Origin: an uncultured virus (IMG/VR IMGVR_UViG_3300021602_000281)
Lineage: Duplodnaviria > Heunggongvirae > Uroviricota > Caudoviricetes
DNA length: 64,000 nt
Reading direction: 5' to 3' (one strand)
Virus record (IMG/VR): IMGVR_UViG_3300021602_000281
In this document: positions 17,122-26,051 of the stretch, in pieces
Numbering within the stretch: position 1 is the stretch's first letter
How the letters are laid out: each line of letters begins with the position of its first letter
Made by a program: the position numbers and the translations under genes
Notes under the pieces: generated by a model
Database searches by the model: none
Told to the model about the DNA's origin: nothing
Seen by the model: only the letters and a program-made list of their open reading frames with translations

Positions 17122-18696
17122 TTAATATCCGCCAACCATTATAAATGGCATCGGTTCTACAAAATTATCTATGTTATCACGTAGTTCTGAGTCAAAACCA
17201 GCGTCAAAGTGTTGCAGTAATTGTATCATACGTACTGCTAGTAGTGTTGCCATTACTAAATCATCATGTTCGCCAATTTTTGCTGCATAGCTCTGACCAC
17301 TTGCCACGAATGTTTTTAATTCACTTATTAAAGGCTTGCTGGCGATATGTATTCGTTTTGTTTCTACCAAGCTCTTAAATTTAGCACAAGCTGATAGCTT
17401 GGATTTGTTCGTAGTCGTAAACCCTTTTCTGTGTCTACGTACATTACCTGCTTTGTTGGGTTCTGTTAAGAATATACCAGGAATGTTTTCTTCACCAATT
17501 TCTGCTATTGCTACCAATGCTGCTTCACCAAGGGTATTGTTTTCTACGCTATAGTATACGTTGTTCTGAGTGCCAACTGTTTCCACTAGATACTGACAAA
17601 TTTCCTTTAGTATTATCACTTGGCGCTGGACAATGGTTCTATTATGACTCCACTCTGCTACTTGTTTAAGACCTGGCAATTCAAATACTTGTATAGCCGC
17701 AGGATCACTACCAGTACCTAAACTGGGATCAAGTGCTACAATATAGGTGTGGTCTTTTTGTGGTTTTTTATACCAACGGATTTGTCCCTGTTTTTCGATT
17801 GGATCCAGGCCTGCCATTTCAACTAGGTGTAACGGGTTTATTAATGTTTCATCGTATATAATAAATTCACATTCCATCTCTCGGCGGAATCGTTCTTCAC
17901 CAAGTTGAGCCCGCATATTAGAGGCCCACTTTTCATCACGGTCTGGATGTTCTTCCCACTTGCTACGGAATGCTTTAAAGCCATTTATGCCCAGTTCAGT
18001 TTCATTACCATGTTCATCAAATCGTTTGTTAGCTGCTTTCCAAATTTGTGCAAACTGATCTTCGTCTGAGTTTGGAGTACTAGTGATAATACATTTACCA
18101 CCAGTTGCTAATGTAGGTGTAATGGAAGTCCAAAAATCTGTTGCAATGGTTGGTCTCACAAATGCAAACTCATCGCAGTATAGGAGTGATATACTCATAC
18201 CCCGGCCTGTGTTTTCTGTTGTGGTTTGGCTTACAATACGACTTCCGTTTTCAAAGTCCAAACTACCTTTGTTGTAACTTGTTACCCCTGCTCGAATAAA
18301 GTTGGGGCAGTTTTCATATGCATAACGAATACGTTGCATAATTTCTTGTGCGCCCAAATACTTGTGGGCCGCTACCAATATTGTACTATCCGGGATAAAC
18401 ATAGCATACCAAAGCAGGTAGCCGCCTGCAGAGGTCGATTTGCCCGTTTGTCTTGGCATAAGGCTAATAGAGAATCTATAATTGTGATAAGTATCAACTA
18501 GTCGTTCTTGATACTCGTAAGGATGGTACTGTATAGCACCACGCACAGGATGTTGGATAAAGAAATAATTGTCCATAAAATATTGTGGACCAGTTACGGG
18601 GTCAGCACACCTAGAGAGCTCTAATATCTGCTCTTCAGTGTAAGACATCCGTTTGTAGGGTGCCTTAATAATTGCTGTTTCAAGTTCTTTACTCAT
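17122..18696 (-). CDS. terL: Terminase large subunit (T4 gp17-like)
   Basis: PRQTGKS Walker A, YCDEFAFV Walker B, ITSTPN, HDDLVMA. Confidence 0.97.
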   Translation of the reverse strand: MSKELETAIIKAPYKRMSYTEEQILELSRCADPVTGPQYFMDNYFFIQHPVRGAIQYHPYEYQERLVDTYHNYRFSISLMPRQTGKSTSAGGYLLWYAMFIPDSTILVAAHKYLGAQEIMQRIRYAYENCPNFIRAGVTSYNKGSLDFENGSRIVSQTTTENTGRGMSISLLYCDEFAFVRPTIATDFWTSITPTLATGGKCIITSTPNSDEDQFAQIWKAANKRFDEHGNETELGINGFKAFRSKWEEHPDRDEKWASNMRAQLGEERFRREMECEFIIYDETLINPLHLVEMAGLDPIEKQGQIRWYKKPQKDHTYIVALDPSLGTGSDPAAIQVFELPGLKQVAEWSHNRTIVQRQVIILKEICQYLVETVGTQNNVYYSVENNTLGEAALVAIAEIGEENIPGIFLTEPNKAGNVRRHRKGFTTTNKSKLSACAKFKSLVETKRIHIASKPLISELKTFVASGQSYAAKIGEHDDLVMATLLAVRMIQLLQHFDAGFDSELRDNIDNFVEPMPFIMVGGY

Positions 18697-18736
18697 ATAA
18701 GTATATTTAACCTTTAATCAATGTGGTATTTCAAAA

Positions 18737-19267
18737 ATGTCAGACACACTTTTACTCAATAGCAATTACGAACCAATATCAGTGCTTCCATTAAGCGTTA
18801 TTAATTGGCAACATGCCATTAAATTAACTTACTTAGGTCGCGTACATGTTTTAGAAACATATCCTGATTGGATTATACATAGCGAGCGATTAGCAATAAA
18901 CGTTCCGTCTATCTGTGTGACCAAAGATTACTTTCATTATAAAAAATCAGTGAAATTTAGTCGCTATAACCTGTACATGCGAGATCTCTTTAAATGTCAA
19001 TATTGCGAGGATGTATTTGACTTCGAAGACTTAACTATTGATCACGTTAATCCAAGATCCAATGGCGGAAAGTCGGTATGGGAAAATTGTGTGACTAGCT
19101 GTAAATCATGCAATCATGCTAAAGGGGCTAGGTTAATCAAACCCAAGGTTGCTCCGTACAAACCCGATTATTACAATCTAGTAAATCAATGGAGACAAAT
19201 GCCGTTTGTTGTTAAACAAGATTCTTGGTATCAATACCTAGGGCGCAATAAATTACGGGTGGCTTAA
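18737..19267 (+). CDS. HNH endonuclease (McrA-like)
   Basis: RD..CQYC, TIDHV.P.S.GG...WEN.V..C..CN..K. Confidence 0.9.
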   Translation: MSDTLLLNSNYEPISVLPLSVINWQHAIKLTYLGRVHVLETYPDWIIHSERLAINVPSICVTKDYFHYKKSVKFSRYNLYMRDLFKCQYCEDVFDFEDLTIDHVNPRSNGGKSVWENCVTSCKSCNHAKGARLIKPKVAPYKPDYYNLVNQWRQMPFVVKQDSWYQYLGRNKLRVA

Positions 19268-19665
19268 AATTCACCGGGCATAAGTTTTTGACGTTTTTCA
19301 GGGTGAGCTTTGAGATATCGCTCTATGTGATCCTCAAGGCTACCAGTTAATCCTGGTTTGGTAAAATTAATAATAAACCATAGATCGTCTCCGGGACGAG
19401 CATAATACTGTTTCATTAATGCATTGCGGTCTGTTGCTGTGTAGCTAATATTACTGCCAACTGGGCTAATTATACCAGTTGCCTGGGCCTGTGGAACGTT
19501 ATCAATATTTCCACCAACCAATCCAGGTTCGGAATTTTCGCTTAGATCAGTTAACCCGGCTAATTTTTTTAATTCTCGCAGATCATTTGCATCCATGACT
19601 GCGTCATCGTCACCAGTTTCGCCCTTGGATACAAAGTGCTCGCTGGTTATACGATACTGTTTCAT
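19264..19665 (-). CDS. Hypothetical protein with LAGL motif
   Basis: ELKKLAGL; coupled to upstream gene. Confidence 0.7.
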   Translation of the reverse strand: MKQYRITSEHFVSKGETGDDDAVMDANDLRELKKLAGLTDLSENSEPGLVGGNIDNVPQAQATGIISPVGSNISYTATDRNALMKQYYARPGDDLWFIINFTKPGLTGSLEDHIERYLKAHPEKRQKLMPGEF

Positions 19666-21881
19666 TAATTAACTTTCTTGATACTTTCGTATTCAGCTGC
19701 CAATGATGCTTCTAATTCGCCAACTGATTCGTTTGCAGGCTTTGCCAAGGCATTATCACCATTTTTAAAAGTTGGACGGTCTGGGTGCATCGCTTTTTCG
19801 CCGCCGTCGCCTTCACCTGGGTTCATTGTACTTTGGCGCATAGTTTTATACTCTGGCTTAGGTGCATTAACAGGGTTTGCGCCAGCATCATCAACAGGTG
19901 CATCAGCTTCATCTACTTCAATTTCTTGGTCTGGTTCTGCAACTGCTATTACACGGGATTGTGCTTGTTGTGCAGCTTCGCCGCCGCCCAATCCAGCTAT
20001 ACGTAACATTTGCAATAATGCTTCAGCTTGTTCACCGTCGGCATTTACACTGATAGTTTTCTTACCGTCGCGACTATTATAAGTCGTGCTAATTGATAAG
20101 TTATCTTGTTCATCGTGCATGTCCTGCATTGCGCTACCAATTGGACTCATGTCACCGCAGTCCTCAGATAGGCCGGCCAATTTAGCAAGTTCATTTAACT
20201 CACGTTGCATTGCGTCCGGGTGTACTTCACCTGTACGACGTTGATAAAAATCATGCTCTGGCTTTTTATCTTTTTGCATAATATCTCTTGCTGTCAGTGG
20301 TGCTTGTCCTTGTGCCTTGCGTTGATACGCTGGGATTTCATAATCGCGTGGATTAGTTGGATCAATGCTTTCACGTTCTAGGCTATAATCGTCATCTGGT
20401 ACGCTTGGGCTGTTGCCACCATAACCGTCGATGCCTAAGTCTGCACCAAAACGATCAGCTACCCATTCATACGGGTCACCGTCGCGAGCTTTTTGTGTAC
20501 CGTATGGCATATCATCAAAGTAGTAGTCATACAAAGCATCATATAAATGATCGCTCATGTCGCCGCCCTCTTCAAAGTCTTTAACATCTCGTTTGAATGT
20601 AGCCAGGATATGTTGAAATGTTACACCACCTTCATCTAATGTTACGCTTTCCAGTAACTGAAGTTCAAGTTGAGTCATTGTTTCGTCCATCTTGTGTACT
20701 TTACCTTTAACTTTAGTTTTAGGCAAACTTGAACGACCAAATGGGTCATTACTATTTGTATATACCGGTGCTGCATCTTTTGTCGGACGGCCACGCTTAC
20801 CTGTTTTAGAATTTGAAACCTTGGGAGCCTTTACTACTTTACCATCTTCTTCATCAGGATCACCTTGGTATTCAGTTCCGTATGTACCTTTGTGCGTAGT
20901 TACATTACCCTTAACTACTTTTTCGCCTTCCGCCATGCCTTGCTCACCTAGTGCGACCTTAACTTCAACCATATCGTCCCCGTTACGTAAACCACCACGA
21001 GTAACACGAACATTTTCTTTTCCGTATTTGGTAATGGCTTGTTGTGGGGTCATGCTGGTTTGTTTCCATCGTAGTGATTTTGGATCTTCTTCTTTACCAT
21101 TAATATACGATGCCTCCGCCATACCCGGATTAACCGATTCGTTTTCCACACTAGTACTCATCATCTTCTTAAGTTTATTAGTTAAGGGATCAACGCGATA
21201 CTTAATATAGTCAGTTTCTGCTCCGTTATCACCTGTTACACTAAAGATATCTTTTCTACGGTTAAATGTTATACGTAATGTATCATATAGCGGTGCATAA
21301 GTTTTATGTAGCTGTTTTGCGTATTGTTTGTCAGTTAGCCGTTTATTTGCTGATGTTGCTGGTCTTGATTTTGCTTGTGGTTGTGGTTGAAATTTAGTAT
21401 TTCCATAATCAGGATAATGTACACCATCTTCATCTGGATCAGCATAAGTAAGACCATCATCTGGTGTTGATCCAATTGACTGTGAGTCTCGATTCCAATA
21501 TTGTTTTGATGTTTTGCCGCCCTCTGACATTCCGTGTTCGGTGCAGGTACCAGACTCGCACATAGAACATTCATTAGTATGATCGCACTTGCACTTGCTT
21601 TCGTACATACCGCACTCGTTACAAGTTTCTTCTGCTATCTTAACTGGAGTTACACCTTTGGTGTTGCCAGCGACACGAACAGCTTCGTTAGTAGTTGTTT
21701 CGGCAAACTGTTTTGCTAATTTATTTTGAACAGCATCAACGCCGGAAAGGATACTACCACGAGCCTCAACACTTTCGTAAATCTTTTTAGCAGCTTCTTT
21801 ACTAGTTTTAATTTCAGGCTTAGGTTGTAGTGCGGCTAATTTACCTAAGATCGTATATAGGTTGTCATCATGGTGGCTCAT
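19665..21881 (-). CDS. Large low-complexity putative internal head polyprotein
   Basis: Three GMxE motifs, Cys clusters, AT-hook-like KRGRP, LAGL/IAGL motifs. Confidence 0.65.
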   Translation of the reverse strand: MSHHDDNLYTILGKLAALQPKPEIKTSKEAAKKIYESVEARGSILSGVDAVQNKLAKQFAETTTNEAVRVAGNTKGVTPVKIAEETCNECGMYESKCKCDHTNECSMCESGTCTEHGMSEGGKTSKQYWNRDSQSIGSTPDDGLTYADPDEDGVHYPDYGNTKFQPQPQAKSRPATSANKRLTDKQYAKQLHKTYAPLYDTLRITFNRRKDIFSVTGDNGAETDYIKYRVDPLTNKLKKMMSTSVENESVNPGMAEASYINGKEEDPKSLRWKQTSMTPQQAITKYGKENVRVTRGGLRNGDDMVEVKVALGEQGMAEGEKVVKGNVTTHKGTYGTEYQGDPDEEDGKVVKAPKVSNSKTGKRGRPTKDAAPVYTNSNDPFGRSSLPKTKVKGKVHKMDETMTQLELQLLESVTLDEGGVTFQHILATFKRDVKDFEEGGDMSDHLYDALYDYYFDDMPYGTQKARDGDPYEWVADRFGADLGIDGYGGNSPSVPDDDYSLERESIDPTNPRDYEIPAYQRKAQGQAPLTARDIMQKDKKPEHDFYQRRTGEVHPDAMQRELNELAKLAGLSEDCGDMSPIGSAMQDMHDEQDNLSISTTYNSRDGKKTISVNADGEQAEALLQMLRIAGLGGGEAAQQAQSRVIAVAEPDQEIEVDEADAPVDDAGANPVNAPKPEYKTMRQSTMNPGEGDGGEKAMHPDRPTFKNGDNALAKPANESVGELEASLAAEYESIKKVN

Positions 21882-22474
21882 TATTTCTTTCCTTTAACTG
21901 GGCTGCTGGATATTTTATTTTGCTTGGACATTGGGCTCGTAGTACCCTGTGGGGCGGCGTTGGTATCTTTGCCGGCTTCTTTGCTATCTTCTGCAAATTT
22001 AAATTTACGACTTTCTAATTCTTTTAACAAACTGCCGATTCTACTTTGACCTGCTAGTGCTTGTGAGTCTGGCTCATCTTTTAATTCCGTTTCGTCTAGG
22101 AGGGCGCCGCTATGGTCTTTGCCACGGGCTTCTGCTTCGTCTGTATAATTAGCTTCGTTTAGATTGCGTACACATATCCAATCTACATTAATTTGGGCAC
22201 GTTCTTTAATTGTTTGACGCATGGCAATAGCTGTAGTAGGATATGCTACCTTGATATCAAATTGCCAACACTCGCAGGGACCACCCCATTGTGGAAATTC
22301 GCGGTGTTCTTGTACCGGCAAGCTCTTTACTGCACTAACACTTTCAAGTTGGAACGCTTCAAGGGCGTTTTTAATCCGCTCCATGACTTCGCCTTTGGGA
22401 TTTATCCCGGCAAGTTTGATGCGGAATTCGCTCGGCTTGCTTAATTCAAAAATGTAAGTCTGGAATGGTTTCAT
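21881..22474 (-). CDS. Hypothetical protein
   Basis: 197-aa ORF with SD and TAAATA upstream. Confidence 0.75.
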   Translation of the reverse strand: MKPFQTYIFELSKPSEFRIKLAGINPKGEVMERIKNALEAFQLESVSAVKSLPVQEHREFPQWGGPCECWQFDIKVAYPTTAIAMRQTIKERAQINVDWICVRNLNEANYTDEAEARGKDHSGALLDETELKDEPDSQALAGQSRIGSLLKELESRKFKFAEDSKEAGKDTNAAPQGTTSPMSKQNKISSSPVKGKK

Positions 22475-22511
22475 CGTTATAATCCTATATTCTATATTTA
22501 GTCTGATTGGC

Positions 22512-23009
22512 TCATTTATCCTGCTTGCTAAGTATCTGCTTTAGCAAATCGTTACGATCAAATACTACGCCCTGCCCATCAATTGGTGTATTGGCATTGT
22601 TGCCAGAGTCTTTTTTAACCTGGTAATCATGCTTGGCTTTAGCCAACTGTAGTTGTACCATTTTTAATTTCTTATCCAGTTTGGCCGTTTTAGCCGTAAT
22701 AGCATGTCCCAACATTACTCCCGCTGTTTGTAGTATAACACCACTGAACCGGGGTTCAACATTCATACCAAGATCAATTAAATCTTCTGCTTTACTTTGT
22801 GCTAGTTTGGCAAGTTCATCAAGCTCGTCATCACCTGTGTCCAAGTCTTTTACTCGGGGTAATGCGGCATCAATCTTGTCCATTGCAGCATTGACTTCGC
22901 TGATAATATCTTTATTTTCATTAACAAATGATGTAGCTTCAGACACGGTAGGATCTATAGGATCATCCGTTGGGGATAAATTAAACAACTCTTCCAATTT
23001 TTTAGTCAT
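22512..23009 (-). CDS. Hypothetical helical protein, possible terminase small subunit
   Basis: Size, helical acidic N-terminal half, C-terminal VFDRNDLLK, near head completion gene and terL. Confidence 0.4.
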   Translation of the reverse strand: MTKKLEELFNLSPTDDPIDPTVSEATSFVNENKDIISEVNAAMDKIDAALPRVKDLDTGDDELDELAKLAQSKAEDLIDLGMNVEPRFSGVILQTAGVMLGHAITAKTAKLDKKLKMVQLQLAKAKHDYQVKKDSGNNANTPIDGQGVVFDRNDLLKQILSKQDK

Positions 23010-23017
23010 AGCAATAT

Positions 23018-23452
23018 TTATTTGCTACGGCCCTGGTGGAAAATCATATCTTCGGTTACTACCCTGAATGTCATCCCTTGGGCAGCACACCATTGTTTGG
23101 CTGCGGCCCATTTTGCCATATTTAAGATAGCCGCAGCTTGATCGCGAATATTTTTGGCACCTTCAAGCGTGGTTTCTTTTTTGGGTTTAACTTCTATCAC
23201 TTCAGCATGATTGCCTCCATTGGCATCATTATACATAATAAGGAAATCTGGAACGTATATTGTATTTTTACCAGTTAACGGATTGCGATAGCTAATGTGG
23301 ACTGCTTCGCTGGCCCATTGCAATATACTAGGATTGTTATCGCAAAATTGCATGAACACAAATTCCCATGAAGACCTGTATGTTGGAGTTTTATTTCCCA
23401 CGTACTTTTCCGGAAACTGTGGTTGGAATTTACCTTGTGCGTATTTGCCCAT
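23018..23452 (-). CDS. gp4: Head completion nuclease (T4 gp4-like, TnsA fold)
   Basis: P.KYVG..YRSSWE..FCD..WASE..YVPDF..EVKP..KW.AA..W. Confidence 0.88.
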   Translation of the reverse strand: MGKYAQGKFQPQFPEKYVGNKTPTYRSSWEFVFMQFCDNNPSILQWASEAVHISYRNPLTGKNTIYVPDFLIMYNDANGGNHAEVIEVKPKKETTLEGAKNIRDQAAAILNMAKWAAAKQWCAAQGMTFRVVTEDMIFHQGRSK

Positions 23453-23454
23453 AG

Positions 23455-23844
23455 TTATGCAAGTATAGTTCGAGCTACGTAGGGATTAGTTTTAATTTCA
23501 CTGCGAGTACCAAGTACGCTAGTTGGTGCTCTATTTGCATTTAAAAATGCAATTAAATATTGATTTAACTGCCCTTTTGGTAATGTTTGAAATTGTGATA
23601 ATATTGTTAACGGATTTAAGTTTTGCGACATAGCTGTGTACAATACTGCTGAAGCTAAATTTTTTGCCGCTTCTTTATTATCGGAATATTCTTCAAAAAA
23701 TGCCGTGATAGCATTATCAGCATCAGCTGATACATTAAACGGTATAGAGTAAAAATTATTAAAATATTTTCGTGCATCATTGGCACTCGACTCAACTGAT
23801 ATATTTGGTCCAATTAAATTAGTTGCTGTTGTAATTTTACTCAT
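23455..23844 (-). CDS. Hypothetical protein (tail region)
   Basis: 129-aa ORF with GGAG SD. Confidence 0.7.
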   Translation of the reverse strand: MSKITTATNLIGPNISVESSANDARKYFNNFYSIPFNVSADADNAITAFFEEYSDNKEAAKNLASAVLYTAMSQNLNPLTILSQFQTLPKGQLNQYLIAFLNANRAPTSVLGTRSEIKTNPYVARTILA

Positions 23845-23849
23845 GTATA

Positions 23850-25343
23850 CTACTCCCAGAATCCTTTTGCAAACGAGGTTAAACTAATGATGTCGGTCTC
23901 ATTTGCAAGAGCATCAGCGAGATACTTGGTATATTCTGCATTTACAATTGATTCTCTGGTGGCGTCTGTTAGTATCGAGCTACTAAATAACCCAGTTCCG
24001 GTTAGTGCTTGGAAATCTGTAGAAAAATTTGTTGCTGCAAAGTTATTAAAACCATCACTAAACGGTTTCACTACTTTATCTGCTAAGAATTTAGCTACTT
24101 CTCCTTGAACTTGTCCGGCAATTTTTGTTACCTGTTGATTAATAAAGTTTGTTGCCTGCCCCACTGCAAATTGAATCGCCATATTTTCCGCCGTTGATAA
24201 TACTGCTTTAGGATTTGCAATTGCTGCGGCAGCGAGCCCAACAATTTGCGTACCATTTTTTCCAAGACCTTTTGTTACTCCACCGATCACTCCATTAGCC
24301 AATGTCTGTGCCGATGATCCTATAATGTTGATACCGGCTGCCTGAATTCGCTGACTTACAATTGCAGACGTGGTTAGTCCTTGCGTTAAACTACCCAGAC
24401 TTGGTATAGAAAGGCCACCGCTATTAATTGGAGTCCTAGCTGAAACGTTTGTCATATTATTTAACGTAGACGAAAAATAATTACCATAATTGGTTTTGTC
24501 TTGTGCTGGTAATACATCTGTTCTTGACCCCACCGAAGTAATAGAATTTGCTAAGTCGGTTATAATATCGTTAGTTTGCCCCACTTGTTTACCAAGGGCA
24601 TTTGGGCTAGGCACTCTATCATAGTTTAAGTCAATGAACCCGCCTGCTGTATTTTCTGTAACTGAACCAGTAAAATATTTTACTGTTTCAAATTGTATCA
24701 ACATTTCATGTTGCAACATGCTTTGAGTATCTGCTGCAGCGTGTTCGCCGTGTGCAAATCTAGTTATAATAGGATTAACTAATTGATACTCACTAAATTG
24801 TTGTTGGTACAAACTATATATTCTAATAGATTGAATATATTGATACGATTGAGTAGCCCCAAGTCCGGACAATGGTCGTGGACTATACCCCCACTCAAAT
24901 GTTGGTCTTGTTTGATATTTGTGTTGTGCTGAATAAGTAGCATCGTTGTAGTCTGGATCACGATAAAAATAACTATAATAGTCATACCAAAAACTTCTGA
25001 CAGTATCGGCTTGATCGTCGTGGAACACAATGTTTACCGGATCATATTTAATTTTGTGTTGACTAATGTTTACACGATTATAAGCATTATGGGATTTAGT
25101 CTCAACAGTAAACTTTGGCAACGATACACTTTTAACTATCATGCCCATCTCTTGGGTAAAATTTGATTTATTGTTGTTTGGTATTAGATTTGTAATATCT
25201 GGATTTAAATCAAATTCAACGTAGTATAAAAATCCGTACTTTGGGCTGAGCCTATATTGATTATTTGTAAAAATCTTAGAGGCGTGTTTGTAATCTTTAA
25301 TTACAGTACGTGTTGATCCAGCCGGATTTGGTCTAGTAGTCAT
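23850..25343 (-). CDS. Tail tube-like baseplate junction protein (gp48/gp54-like)
   Basis: N-terminal tube fold (VKSVSLPK..YN..I.YDPV.I.FHDD) next to the tail tube gene. Confidence 0.55.
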   Translation of the reverse strand: MTTRPNPAGSTRTVIKDYKHASKIFTNNQYRLSPKYGFLYYVEFDLNPDITNLIPNNNKSNFTQEMGMIVKSVSLPKFTVETKSHNAYNRVNISQHKIKYDPVNIVFHDDQADTVRSFWYDYYSYFYRDPDYNDATYSAQHKYQTRPTFEWGYSPRPLSGLGATQSYQYIQSIRIYSLYQQQFSEYQLVNPIITRFAHGEHAAADTQSMLQHEMLIQFETVKYFTGSVTENTAGGFIDLNYDRVPSPNALGKQVGQTNDIITDLANSITSVGSRTDVLPAQDKTNYGNYFSSTLNNMTNVSARTPINSGGLSIPSLGSLTQGLTTSAIVSQRIQAAGINIIGSSAQTLANGVIGGVTKGLGKNGTQIVGLAAAAIANPKAVLSTAENMAIQFAVGQATNFINQQVTKIAGQVQGEVAKFLADKVVKPFSDGFNNFAATNFSTDFQALTGTGLFSSSILTDATRESIVNAEYTKYLADALANETDIISLTSFAKGFWE

Positions 25344-25360
25344 ACTAATATTTATCTCGT

Positions 25361-25389
25361 AAAAAAACCCGGGGTTTTAAGCCGGGTTT
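25361..25389 (-). terminator. Intrinsic terminator after tail tube gene
   Basis: AAACCCGG/CCGGGTTT stem with T run. Confidence 0.75.
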
Positions 25390-25408
25390 GTTTTATGTAA
25401 AATGTAAA

Positions 25409-26017
25409 TTAGTTAACCGAATCGCCAGGTGTTAGTGTAACAACGCTTGTACCAACTCCGCCACCTACTGTTTGAATAGCGTTGTCAAATTTGATGTTAC
25501 ATGCAATTTGTACAGGATCGCTACTGCTATATGCCATATCACCGTAATCAACTGAGCTTAAGAAACAACCATCTAATTCCCACGATTCGAGAACATTAGG
25601 AGTTGTGTTTCCGTTACCGCCATCAAGCATATCAAATACAAGTTGGAACTTGTAATCAATACCACTTGGTGCACTTGATTGCTCAAGGAAGTCAAATTGC
25701 TTTTGTATCTGCTGTCCAACTAGTTTGCTTACTGCACCAGTTGCGTCATCGCGGAAGTTAACAGTAGTTTCTTGCCATTCTGGTTTACCTTGCAAGAATA
25801 CTTTACTGTTATAAACTTCAATAGTAATCGGATTAAAGTTTACGTTGGGACGCTTAATGTCCGCTACTTGCTTGGTTAATTCAGTGGTTGTGTTAGATAC
25901 GCCAAAGTTAATAAATGTCGCTCGGAAGCGATATTTTAATTTTGGCATTAACAAACCCTGTGAACCAGGTTGTGCTGCTAATGGTACTGTAAAGTTACTT
26001 AATGATGCTACGGCCAT
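25409..26017 (-). CDS. gp19: Tail tube protein (gp19-like)
   Basis: RFR..F, GK.EW..T.NFRDD, W.L.GCF..VDYG; directly follows the sheath gene. Confidence 0.85.
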   Translation of the reverse strand: MAVASLSNFTVPLAAQPGSQGLLMPKLKYRFRATFINFGVSNTTTELTKQVADIKRPNVNFNPITIEVYNSKVFLQGKPEWQETTVNFRDDATGAVSKLVGQQIQKQFDFLEQSSAPSGIDYKFQLVFDMLDGGNGNTTPNVLESWELDGCFLSSVDYGDMAYSSSDPVQIACNIKFDNAIQTVGGGVGTSVVTLTPGDSVN

Positions 26018-26051
26018 GTTATTCTCCTATTACTATTATTTATCTACTATC

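Noticed and set aside
17122..18696. Intein or intron in terL, uvsX or MCP
   Set aside because: Lengths and motif spacing are ordinary; no splice motifs or frame interruptions.
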